From assembly GCA_038496445.1 (NCBI GenBank), contig JALMLS010000299.1, positions 1 through 64,000 of the forward strand: DNA of 64,000 bases. The letters run 5' to 3'. Under the pieces are notes generated by a model. It made no database searches. It was not told the DNA's origin and saw only the letters and a program-made list of their open reading frames with translations. Below are positions 24,401-36,923 of the stretch, piece by piece. Within the stretch, counting starts at the first letter, position 1. Each line of letters begins with the position of its first letter. This stretch comes from Trichosphaerium sp. ATCC 40318 (lineage: Eukaryota; Protista; Tubulinea). Position numbers and translations under genes: made by a program.

Positions 24401-27400
24401 TTTCTGTGTTAGATTGGGATGTTCTTGTTGTCACCAAAGGGTTACATTCCAAGATCATGGCACTCGCTCGACATAAGGGAAGCTTGAGATTGAAAGCATG
24501 GGATTTGCTTGTTAATATTACTGGTGCGAAATTATAAAAAAAAAAACACCATCTGTCTATTGTTAACTGTACACGTAGATCAAAAAGCACTCATTGAGTC
24601 TGGCCTTTTGGAGCTCATATTTGATAATTTTGATACTCCGCCAATAGAGGGTGATTTAACTGGTCGTGATTTCAAGCTTAGTCTCTTTGATAGGATTAGA
24701 GGAATTTCAGGTAAAAAAACTAACTTATTCTTTACTTGTAATTAAAGTATTATTCAAGATTATCAGATTATGCTCTCCAAGGATCTAAAACGATTCTGTA
24801 AATTAATGACAAATGACGCTGGGTTAACAAAAGATGTTCTTCTAATTCTCAGGTCAGCGAGCGGTGAGTAGTATACTACTTATGAAGTTCTCATTGCTTA
24901 AAATCGTATTTTGCTCCAGGTTTTCACGAGGAATTTTGGCGACAAGAGTGTATGGAAGTTGTTCTTGAAGTTATTTTGAGTGAAGATTTGTTACATAAAG
25001 ACTACAAGATGCAAGCTCTCAGTATGGTCCAACAGATGCAAGGTATTATTCGCATAGCTTACTTTTGGTGGTACAAAACTAATTAAAAAAAAAAAAGGCT
25101 ACAAAGAGTACTTCCTTAGTGAGGGACTACTATGTAAGCTGTTGGCCCCTCCAAAACCTTACGATGCTGGATACCTTCTTAATTTACTTGAATGTATTCA
25201 AAGCTACGACCAGCCATATCACGATGCGATCAAGAAACAAAACGTTCTAAGCGAACTCATTCTTATTGTATGTCCATACTTTTATGCAATCAACCCTCTT
25301 TGACTTATTTGTGTTACTAAAGATGGATGGATTACATGCTAGTGAAGATGAAGTTCTTCGAGCAGTATCAACGACTGCGTATGAGACCATTATTTCTATT
25401 GAAGGTATGCTTTGAAAAGCCACATAGTCACTTAACCACGGGTAGATTATCAAGATGCAATAATGTCTAATGTTGCAGACGTCAAACGTCTACTGAAGCT
25501 ACTTGACCCTAAAAAATCAGAGTTGGTTTGTGAACAAATTCTAAACATAATAACTGTCATTGCAGATGCTGGTGCGTGTACAGCTGTCAAAAAAAAAAAG
25601 AAAAAAAGAAGAAAAACCATTGACAGTCATTTTATGCTAATTTTTTTTCGAAAGCTGAGGAAAACTTGACAAAATTATCCTCAAGAGAGGATATCATCCA
25701 AAAGCTTGTTTGTGTTACATCACTAAACGAGAAAATTGGTCTTAAAGTAGCGTTGCTCCTTAAACGTATAGAGAGTGCGTAGATTTGAAACACGTTTCCT
25801 CCAAAAACCTCGACTAACTTGGCACAGGTTCTGAATGGTTTGTTGAATGTGTAGCGACTAGTACTGTTGAAGCGTCATCATCTGTTGCTGATGATAAAGC
25901 AAAAGTAGTGGGAAATACGGCGTCGCCAACTGCACAGCTCCCTCGCGGTCACACACTACGTACGTTGCACGCAAAGTATCCAACATCAATTGATGTTATT
26001 TAGCGACTGGAATTGCTAGTCATATTAAAAACTGGACCAGCTACTATGGTACCATTAATTGGGTTTGCGCTTACGATGCAAAACTAGATGGCTGGTACGT
26101 ATCGTATATCTAGTAAATATCTAAATTGTAGTACTGTGGCGCAGCTGATTGTTTTATATTATAGGGACCCAAAAAAATTTCATACATTGTGTGATCACCA
26201 AGGACCGTCTGTGGTGGTTTGTCATGATGAAGGTGGTGCTGTATTTGGTGCATACACAGCGTTATCATGGGGTATCAAGAAGATGAGGTATAGTTGGGGA
26301 TGGTTTTTTTTTTTTATCGGTGCTAACATGTTTTGATTGTACAGCATGGCTGACAGAAAAGCCTTTTTGTTCTCAATTAGGGGTCACAATAACAAAAACA
26401 AAAGGCCCATTAAATTACCTATAAATACAGCTTATGCAAGGAATGCTATTGAAGGCGACTGCCAAACTGGGCCTTCTTATGGTACTGGAAAAGACTTGCA
26501 CATTAATCTTTTGACTCCCAAGCATTCCTATGGTAGTGTAGGCTACGGTTATGGCGTAAGTTACTGTTTTTTTTACGTACCCTTAATTCCTTTTTTTTTG
26601 TGTTGCTTACTTTTTTATTTGGCGATAGAAACCACCTGGTGAAACACGTCCAACAAAGTATGTAAGTTTATGATTCTATAGCTCTAAATGGACTACTCTA
26701 GGTTGTTTTTTACTGGGAAATTCAAGTTTAACCTTGCGACCGTCAGGGTGTACTTACAAGTACAACAACTCTTAACAAGTTTTGTTTGTCACTAACAATG
26801 TTTCGTTAGAAAAGCAGAATGAAAACGAGTACTATGAGTGCCAGAGCAAACGTTCTTTCTGCTATCACCACTGGCACAACATTAAAGTCAACAGCTGAAG
26901 ATCCACTTAAAGATCTTATAAACGAATTGAACCTTCCTACAATAGAGGAATCTTTGGCAACGTTTGAGATTAAGACTAAAATCGATAAATCCAAAAGTAC
27001 TATTTCTTTTTACCACTTTCTGTAAGGTTAACTTCTTGTCTGCAGTGTTGAGATTGCTGCCGCATAAAGATGCAGCAAAAGTCAACGAAATGATTGGATG
27101 CGCCGAAGACAGGCGATGGAAATTGGCTTTCAGAGCTTCTGAGGTGTTTGATGAAGTATCTTGGGCAAATGTAGCAGAATCCTTCTTTGCAATTGTAAGA
27201 CAAAAAAAAAAAGATGTTGTTCATTTTACTTAATTGTACTGCTAGGATGACCAGGAAACAGTTTGCCTTACCCGAACAACCAATGATCAGGTATTCGGAG
27301 GATACTCTGATACCGCCTGGAGCGACATGGTAAACAACAAAGCTGGGTTTGTTCCTGGCAATAAGTAAGATTCGTTTTTATATTTATAACAACTGATGTT

Positions 27401-30228
27401 TGGTGTTTTAGAGGATTCTTGTTCAATCTCACAAAGGGAATACATCTGCCTATTAAAGAACAAGAAAAAGACTTTGCTAGGTTGCGTGCACCTCAAGCCA
27501 TTGGGTTTGGTCGTGGTTGCGACTTGTATCTCGACTTTTCGAACCCACTTCAGGTACTACAATGCAATTAAATTATTTATTTACCTGAACTAATATAGAA
27601 ATTTTTTTTTGTAGTGTTATAGCAATCTAGGTGCCAGTTATCAGCTTCCAGATGGCATGTCGTTCATGTCTGATGAGGCCCAAACATACTTGACTGGATC
27701 TAAAGTATTCACAATCCAAGATTTAGACTTATACACAATCTGCTCTGAATCTACGATTGCAGCTTGGAAGGAGAACAGACGTATGTCTATACACATTCTA
27801 GGTTTGTCTAATAAATTATAGCTATTCTACCAAATATGAGATACCTACTATCAGCCCTCAAGACACCATACGAACCTGTAAAGGATTCCTTAAACGAACT
27901 TATAACGCAAATCTTCAGTGCGTATTCTCTTGGTTTTGCAAGACATTGTTTGACTCTTTGCTGTAGATTCTAATCCAAGACGTATCCGCAAGGAATTATC
28001 GCGTATGAGTGGTGATGACATTGCCCAAGGCGTCTTGGCTCGTATAGACTTCCCAGGTGTTAAAACTCTGCCATTCAAAATTGAAGCAAAAGTACAGAGC
28101 GATGGTAACCTTCTTTTGCTCGTTTTTTTGTTCTTCCTATTCTAATGTTACCTCAGAGCAACCTATTGAGAATGTGCTTGAAGTCGATCCCAAGAAAGCT
28201 ATAATAGATGTTTCAGAGGATATTGTTATTCATCTTGAAGGTACGAAAAAAAAAGTTAGCGTTTGGGTTAGTATTATTTTAACTGCTATGTTAGAGGAAC
28301 AATATGTTACTCATCTTGTTCTGGGTTCTTCTCCATATAGTTTAGTGTAAGCCAAGTACATGGAAACTCCTTGCTTATTTGTTATAAATTATAGGTCTTC
28401 TATAAAATCTGCCTTGGTATTCGTTACCCGAGAGTCTGAGGAGCTTGTTGATACTTCTGCTTATGATGGAAAAGAAAGAAAAGACTTTGGTACTCCAAAA
28501 ATATCGAATGCTTCAGAAGAAGATTCAGATGCTGAACTATATGTACGACACGTGACTTTGAGTCTTTTTTTTTTATTAACACATGCGCAGCAAATGCTTG
28601 GGCTTAACGATAAACCTGATGGTGAAGAGGACGAAAAAGATCTTATTTTAGCGACACAGTTTGATGTACAACACATGTGTTGTTGTGTGCTCATATCTAA
28701 CACCTACTAGGCCGACCAAGAACCACTCGATGGGCCTGCTTCAGTAGCAGACTTTAATATTCATGGTGTCGCAATTGTCCCATTGATGGGGTCTGCACGA
28801 CGCGTCAAAACTATTCAAATCAGTACGTTTAAGTAAGTAGAATGCTTGTTATTTACGTGGTGATAGAAATCTTGGAACTGAAAGATCCAACAGTTTCTTT
28901 GTCAACGGAGATATCAGTTGATGCCGATATTCCAAAACCTCCTACGCCTAAACTAGTTGCAGTAGACAATGCTAATTCAGTTGATGCCGATATTCCATCA
29001 CCGCCTCCACCGCCACAACCAGGTATGGCAGGAGGACCACCACCGCCTCCTCCAATTCCAGGATCTTCAGGAGCTGCAGGAGCTGCAGAAGATGCTAGTG
29101 ATGCTACTGAGCCGTCCAGTGACGAAGAGAAACCCAATACAGAGGACTCAAAAAAGGAAAATGATGACGATAAGGTATTAGAGCCATCTGCTAAGGCCAA
29201 AGGCAAAGAAGAAGAGAGTGAAGAGGATGGTGACGAGGCAACACCAGAAAAGAAAGAAGCATTCGCATTGCTTTCATATGTTTCAGTCATTGGTTATGAT
29301 CCAACGTTAAACAACGGACTAGCTCCGCCAACACCAGAAGATATGCCTGGTATGGTTGGATTTATTGGTTTGGATAGCCAGAAGCTCCACGAGGCAATGA
29401 ATTTTGATTATGTTTGGTACAACTCGTATTTTTTATTATTGTTGTTTTACCTTCTGTAAAACGAAACTCACCTCAATTCAAGTGATGGCGATAAGAACGG
29501 ATTAATGTACTTTATCGGCACTGATAGAGGAAAGAGAGGATTCTGGAATAACCCTGCAACGATACTACGCAATGCAGTTGGAATTAAACTTTCACATAAG
29601 CTTTTTGAGTCTAGCATGTCCAAAAACTCTTTAGCTGGTCGTACTCCTCTAAATTGCTTCTGGGGTGGAGGTTTGCCTTTGTGGGTTGAAATTGACTTTG
29701 TTGACATCTTCTTAAAGTACTAAATGTTTTCACACGATTCATTACTAATAATGCCATTTTTAGGCCTTCTCATGTTACTTTCACACATGGCTATAATTGT
29801 AACAACAGCTTTATGCAAAATTTTGATATTGAAGGTATTAAACGACACATACCTTTGCTTGTTTTTTTTTTTTCTGTTATGCCTGTTTGGTTATTTACTG
29901 GAGTTTTAGGTTATCATCAAGGTGCTTGGGTCAATCTGTTTTCTCAAGCAGAAATACTTTTCAACAAGTCGTACCAACAGAAAACAGTTAAAATTACAAA
30001 GAGCAATGATAAATTTTTCAAAAAATTCAGAGTTGTACAACGAACTAACTACAGTATGGGTCCTTCGTCAACATCTGCTGGAGCAGCATTTATGTGTTTG
30101 AGTGGTACGTACTTTTTAACATTTTTTATTATTACAAAGTTTCTATGTATTAACATCACTAAGGTATCGAGTTTTATGGCTTGGCAATAGGCGTTGATCA
30201 TAAGAAAAAAGATGTAGAAAATAATTAA
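21441..30228 (+). CDS. Giant multi-exon protein: ARM repeats + WWE + ARM-like helices + two TLDc domains + Pro/acidic linker + C-terminal HECTD1/At2g30600-like discoidin-type domain
   Basis: ARM-like GMLQTLINLIK/GILRILSKLI/GIIGPLIGLLK; WWE WEWKDDGGNKWVPYD...YTIHFSTMKQ...YKRDVRK; TLDc FHTLCDHQGPSVVV...FGAYT...AFLFSI...GPSYG and WKLAFRAS...FGGYS...FGRGCDL; DGDKNGLMYFIGT...WNNPA...LSGIEFYG. Confidence 0.8.
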
Positions 30229-30669
30229 AAACGTTCTGTAAAACCAAAAATAAATAGAAAGCCAACGTCGACTTACATACCTAAAAAAGGGTGCGTGAAC
30301 AGTTTTCTTTTGCGCAATGAAACAACTTTGATTTGGGTAAAAGATTGGAGTGAAGCGCTGAGTACATGAATATTTGAAAATAGCTGAGTTCCTTTTGACT
30401 ACTTTGTCCACTTGTTAACTCCAGTATTACGCATGCAATTGAATGGCATTTAAATACACGAAACTGCACATGGTTTTCGTATGTACTTCGTGTAGGTTTC
30501 CGAGTAACAAAACGCCAGTCGTGTTTTCTTGCTACTTAGGTGTTAGCTCTCTTGTGGTACGCAAATATAACGGAAAAGTTCTAGTACTAAAGTAATCCAA
30601 GACCAATTAGGCAAATCGATATTCCGAAAGACAGAATTAGAAGGCTCAAAGTTACCAAATCATACCATC

Positions 30670-31512
30670 ATGCAAGCAACTGTCAAACGGATTTACAAGA
30701 ATGCTTCTCGTACGTTATTTGCTACATAAGGGCTTTATATTGTGCTTTGTGCGCTAGTAACACATTTCACCCAAAACAAAACGCTATCAATATTTCATTA
30801 CTTCCAACGCATTGCTTACCCTTATCAAGGAACATTCAAACAAAAAAAATCACCAGGAAGGACAATACGCCGTCGGCCTTCCCTTCCGATGCTTTCTTCG
30901 GTAGTATCTGCCCCACAGCTCTTTCGCAGGAAGTCAAGTCGCCTTACAAAGCGACGTAGAACAAAAACGCTAGCTGTGTTACCAGTAATTCACGAAGATG
31001 CACAATGCCCAAGTCCACACACAGCGCGTGCAACAAAACGTAGACAAACAGTAGTGGTACGATTACAACGGCGGTGTTTTTCGCTTATTTTGATTAACCT
31101 AAATTAGGTTAATATATACTCCAGTGCAAATACGCGCGTTGAGACCGTCCCTAGTTCTGTAGAATCCACAACATCTATAGCATCTATTGCATCATCTTTG
31201 CGAACAATGGAGCAAAAAAACAATAACACTGCAAAGAATCTTGTACGGGGCTTTTCTGAAAGCTACTGTGGCTCTGCACCGTCTTCATTACGCGCAATTG
31301 ACGAAGTTTTATCGGCACCCAATTCCATTAAATTGCCATCACCAACTCGAGGTGTTAATAGCTGGCTACAAGCTTCTAAAAAGCACAAGACAAGTCTATA
31401 CGATGAACTATCATTGGAAATTCAAAACATTCTTGAAACACCACCCTTAACTCCGAAGGGAGGCTACATGTCGCGATTCAATTTGGGATCACACCGTGCA
31501 CAACAGGCCTAA
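30670..31512 (+). CDS. Hypothetical basic, Ser/Thr-rich protein (spliced)
   Basis: ATG at 30670, GT-AG introns linking ORF segments 30742-31107 and 31198-31512; no recognisable domain. Confidence 0.5.
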
Positions 31513-31947
31513 CCTATTCATGTATATAATGGCAGACACCGGAAATCATTACCGATACTAGCGCAGAAATCTGCGCTTTTTCTTTTTTTAACCAAATTGG
31601 TTTCCGTTCATTGTACTTTTAGTAAACCAATGTAACAAATACAAAACTGTATCTATTTCCAACCAGTGTCACTTTATTGTTTTTATCCTTTTGTGAGAAA
31701 TTTTGCGTTGTCCGAAAGTATCGGCATATTGTTTTAGGTTGTAGGGTATTACTGTAAAGTCTTAAAGGGCTCAAGAGCGGAAATCTCTCTGATAGTTTGA
31801 TACTCCGTTTTACGAACTTCCTAAAAGCTATAAAAGCTGTTTGTCCGTATCTTGGCAAATCCCATCTTGCCTCACTGTAGGTGCGGTGCGTACAAGTTAG
31901 TTAATATGTTGGGAGTGTTTTGGAATCTCCGACAATTCCTAAAGAGG

Positions 31948-34140
31948 CTATCGAAAAGACTTCCGAAACTCCACTGCATATTTTTTCTGATGTAAGTTAA
32001 GGCAGAATTTTTCCTCAAAGGTTGTTTATGACTTGAGTAAACATTGGTCTATAAACTCTTCGAAGAGTGTCAATATTGAACCCACAGTCCAAAAATATGG
32101 CCCCCGCTATAGACTTTGAAAAGAGGTAAGCTTACTACCATAATAATACTTGGAAGAAAAGTGCGTAGTACCTCAAAAATATCACCAAGAAATTTCGGTA
32201 CTTTTCCTTTACCTGCATTGTAGTTTGATAGCCTTTGCTTGATAGATGGCCCATTTGTGATGATAAACTTGTGTAATCCGTTTTCAAAGCATACACGGGA
32301 GAAAACAGCATTACTTGTTAACTTTGATCTTGCACGTGCTGTTTCTATAAATGGGTGTTCTTTTTTAGACAAGCAAAGCATCTCACACAGCACTAACTCC
32401 AAGACTGCATCACCCAAGAATTCAAGACGCTGGTAGTCTTTTGTACTTGTTAAAATAATAAGTCATTGCATTTATATACAAGTAGCGCACAATGAATTTG
32501 AAGCACCTGATCCGTGAGTCATTGCCTCTACCAACAGGAATTTATGGTTGAAATCGTATTGTAATTTTTTTTCCAGATTTCGGAAGTTTAGTTTGTTAAA
32601 CACTTTGTCAATGCTTATTTGCTTCCTGTACTTGTGTGTACCGGCTAGTGAAGACGCTTCCCATTTGATATCAATACCACATTGCCTGTGGTCATGTCAG
32701 TTTGAAAGTATTTCATCCTTGCTTACATTGCTAGCATTGCTGCACTTTGGATACCTTTCTCATATAGGCAAGCACCAATTAGGGCCTCAACAGTCTTAGT
32801 GAGCTGTTTGTCAGTTAAAATTTTCATGAGTTTTTCTTGTTGCTCTTCTGCTGTACTATTTGCGTTTGCGTATCTAAAAAACATCTAATACGAGTAAACA
32901 AACTGTACCAAAAAGTACTAGATGTACATTTTGAGAATAATCTATATTTGGTGGGTTTGTAGGGTGCATGTATTTGGGACATCCGAGCTTCAATGCGCAA
33001 TATCTTAATTTGTTGCCATAAAGTATTTCAAGACGCTTTTCGGTAAGCACACCTTCGGACTGAGATGGAAATTGTTGAAACACAGTAATGCCTTTTTATT
33101 TTTAGCGAAGTAATAATTCGCTTGTGCTGCTATTGCTTACCTGCCAAAAACTTGAGCGTGGCATTGCCGATGATGGCTAAGAAGGGGTAAGTAATGTTCG
33201 GTTTCAACCAAGCAATATTTTGAATGTCTAACAAGTGGTAAGTAACTGGGTGACAAAACACCTTGGTACCAGTTCTCCTGGAAATTGTTAATGCTTCAAA
33301 TACTGACGCAATAGATAGGTGTAAGTTGCAGTGTCTCATGAACTTTTGAGCGTTAAGGACATGCTCCAGGAACCACAACAACTTTGGAAGAATGACATAT
33401 TTATCGCAAAAGGCTTGGTCAAACGGTACCTCACGTGGACATAAGCATAATTAAATAGCAACAGAAAGGAGTGTACAAGAAAACATCCATCTGCAGCAAT
33501 TGTGGTTGTTTCACTGGTACTGTTATCTACATTCAGCTTTCGTACTTGCAGTGTTGGTGGCGTAGTGTTCAATACACTCAATAGACACGTAAGAAATTGT
33601 ACTCACATAGCTAGGCTTACCGCTGGACAACCCAGTACAAAGAATGACGCGAAACAATGGCACTTTGTAGTTCCGTCGCTGACACACAAAATATCTCATT
33701 TGCTGTTATTGGCCTCAAGCCTTTCTCGACGGCGTCTTTGTATAATTGCCAGTCCAATTTACCGTTCAATAGAGGGCATACCAAATGCTGAATTACACGC
33801 TCTGTTTTCTGCCTGCGCCTTGTCGTGGCGTCAGTAAACATGCAGTGAAAATTGTAGAGCGTTTGAAGCTGTTCATCGCTAAAATTCTCCTGTCCCGAGT
33901 AAACTAGCTGAAAGTCTTCCCAGCCACGATGCGAATCTTCACAAAGCTGTTCTACGCTTAAAATACAGAAAAGACTTGTTTCTGGCAAGTGTAAGAAAAT
34001 AACGTCGCTACATTGTATACAGTACCTCCACAGGTACTACGTGGGCGAACTTGCACAATTGTTTTGAAAAAAGAATGCGCTCGAAGCGTATCATCGCTGT
34101 CAATACGTAACGCGCGCAACCGTTGCGTAATCGATGCCAT
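31948..34140 (-). CDS. Minimal Dicer-like protein (no helicase; degenerate RNase IIIa, intact RNase IIIb)
   Basis: RIIIb: YDFNHKFLLVEAMTHGS, DYQRLEFLGDAVLELV, RSKLTSN, VPKFLGDIFESIAGAIFLDCG; RIIIa: YPFLAIIGNATLKF, FPSQSEGVLTEKR, TDKQLTKTVEALIGA; connector-like PKLLWFLEHVLNA; 3' end approximate. Confidence 0.88.
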
Positions 34141-34222
34141 TAGCTACTTTATGGAGTGTACTGTCCTTAACCAAAACTAGTATTTAGTTAATCATTCAGA
34201 TGGCGGACATGTAACGATTAAA

Positions 34223-35856
34223 ATGGCTGCAAAGACGTCAGTACCTGGCTATGTTCTGGACATACGTGACCTGATTACAGTATGGAAAAAAGTGCGTCTA
34301 TCATCACTATGAGCGTTAACAAACAACTTTTAGAAAAACTCTACACATTTTGTGGACTTTAGAGCTGCGTGGGTAGAGCTTGATTTTTCTCTCATTCACG
34401 CTGGACAGCCAGTGTATTTAAATAAGCAAAAATACATGCAACTGTTGTATGAAGCTTGTTTCGGTACGTAGAACAGCCTTTATAGCAGTTATTTGCAAGA
34501 AAAAAATAATTGTGGGCAAAACTAACTCGTAAAAGGGTACTTGTACGTACAAGACTTCGCTGTACAAGTAGGCGCTATCTATGCACTGTACACTCTAAAC
34601 AAAACGCATTTTGGTGATCAGAAAATAAATATTAAGTTATCTATTGGTACGTACTACGCTTTATGACGCGGTAGCTAACAGAAACAAAGCAATCTGGGAT
34701 AAAATTATGGAAATACGCGCTGAGGCCGTCAAACGGCGTGAAGTTGAGCCGTGGCTTATAGTAGCTAACCTACTCAAAAGTAACGGTACACATCGATCAA
34801 CGAAACAAACTCTTATCTTTTTCAGCTCTATCAATATCAGCCCAAGTTGAAGTTATAGCGCCAGTCACCGTTTCTCAGATACATGAGTACGTGGTACCCC
34901 ATAAGGACGTTTTGTTTATTTCATCAACCAGGAAAGGTAAAATCCCAGCTTCTCTGTTAGCGGAAGACAATCTAGAGCAGTGTGTTGACGTAGAAAAAGT
35001 CAACGACCTGTTTCAGCGGTATGTACACGCAAAGGAACAGCTACCAGCTGCTGTACAGGTAATGTAAAGTTGATTAAATAGTATACCTAAAACTTGTAGG
35101 CTGGTGTAACACTGGCTGGCACAGGGATAGCCAAACAGATAGAAAGTACTTTGTATCCCCACGGTAGACCCTACGTACACGTTATATACCAACGCCAATA
35201 CTAAGCTGTCTTAGCACATTGAGGAAGCTAACGATTACGGCACAACGGATCAAACGGAGTCTAATTATTTTTCTAATATGAGTGACATGGATCTTTCTTT
35301 TCTTCGTTCTTCAGAGCAATCTATGTCTTTGGAAGATTCTACAAATCTAAATGTTGATTTTTCCTCTATTGGCGCTTCACTCTCTTCTGTGGACCTTACA
35401 GAGGATACACAACAAAATACAACTTCTTTTTCAGTACAAGTAAATACACAAGAAGTACAAACCAACAGCCCAGTAAAGAGAAAACAAAGTAATGGCACAG
35501 GACCACCTCCTAAGAAAAGGCAAAAAACGGCATCTCTTGCTGAAAAGTTACGTGAGCAATCTAAATCACGGCGAGCAAAAGAAGTCAGCAAACACACAGA
35601 CAGAAATAGCTTGTTGTTTGCTCTCGCTTCTTCTAGTCAACCTAGCCAAACCAGTCAACTCAGCCAAGCTAGTCAAGATACCCTACCTAGTCAAATCATC
35701 CCAGCTAGCCAACCCAGTCAGACTGAATCTTTATTCAGCAATGGCAGCGCTTCATCACTTAACCCAACAACTACAGCTGATGCAGAACAAGAGGCTCCAT
35801 TTGAACTTGAATGTGATGACGAAGAAAACAACACTGATATGCCAGATCTAATGTAA
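34223..35856 (+). CDS. SNAPC1: snRNA-activating protein complex subunit 1 (SNAP43-like) with a low-complexity Ser/Gln tail
   Basis: FVDFRAAWVELDFSLIHAG...QVGAIYALYTLNKTH resembles the SNAPc_SNAP43 domain; NLS-like PPKKRQK. Confidence 0.7.
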
Positions 35857-35943
35857 AAATAGTTCCACGTGAGTGTAAAAAAAAAAAGAATAAAATCGCT
35901 TGGAAGAAATTAGCGTAAGTACTTGAAGGTTGATTTATTTATT

Positions 35944-36820
35944 TTATACTAAGCCAAGAAACGATTCAATAGTTGTCACAACATTATTTACAACAGGCGC
36001 CTGTGCTAGTACTCTAACAAACATTGTGTTAGCATGTTAATGTGACCAGTATTAGGCAGTACTTTGTGTCATCGTAATTTGAACCAAGCGTTATACCAAC
36101 AAGCCACAAATTTTTACCTTGTACTGCAAATAAGGGGCCGCCTGAAGCGCCTGGCATAGTTGTTGAATTGTCTGAGCCACTTATAATAGCAACGCTGTTA
36201 TAGCAGTCTTGTAAATCACCTTCATAGGGTGCAACAGTATGTGATTTGCTTACAAGCATGTGTGGTATTCGGAATCGTATAGGTAAGTTACCCCACGTAG
36301 AACTAGATGGAGCTTTAATAGTTTGGATATATGTATTGACATTGTTATGAAATGCTCGTCCAGACTTGAAGTACGTTGCCCATTTTGGATACAACTCTGA
36401 AGAATACAGATGGTATGTACTACCAAAGTCTACCAAGGCACTGTCTGTACAAATAAGAAGCATGATATCATTTTCCCATCCTTTTTTATGGTTTTTAGCA
36501 TAAGTGACATTTGAAATTTTTGATTTGACATTTGAAGAAAATGTGACACGCATTGTGTCAATAAAATCCTTTTTTAGTTTATTTTCGTTTGTTCTCCAGC
36601 ACGGCGCTGTCTTGAAGCCAGCTGCCTTCCATAAGTTATGTTTGGCGGATAGTATGCATACTTTATTGCGTTTTGAAGCAAATATCACCCCATTTGCCGT
36701 AAATCTGCCTCCAATAGATTTAAGTGACACTGTTGTATTGATAATAAGCGTTTTAATATTACTTGGTATTGATTCGAATACTTCTCCGTATTCTGAAGCT
36801 AAAGATGTAGATACGCGCAT
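35944..36820 (-). CDS. Trypsin-like serine protease without signal peptide (probably a single intron)
   Basis: Catalytic triad motifs ILSAKHN (His), ENDIMLL (Asp), MPGASGGPLF (Ser), followed by LVGI. Confidence 0.8.
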
Positions 36821-36923
36821 TGTACATATTTGTATTGCTCTGGTGCTAAAGGAATGCGCACTACAATACAACGAATTGTCAGCTAAATTCCACGCCCTGT
36901 AAAGCCATAGCAAGCGACAAGTA

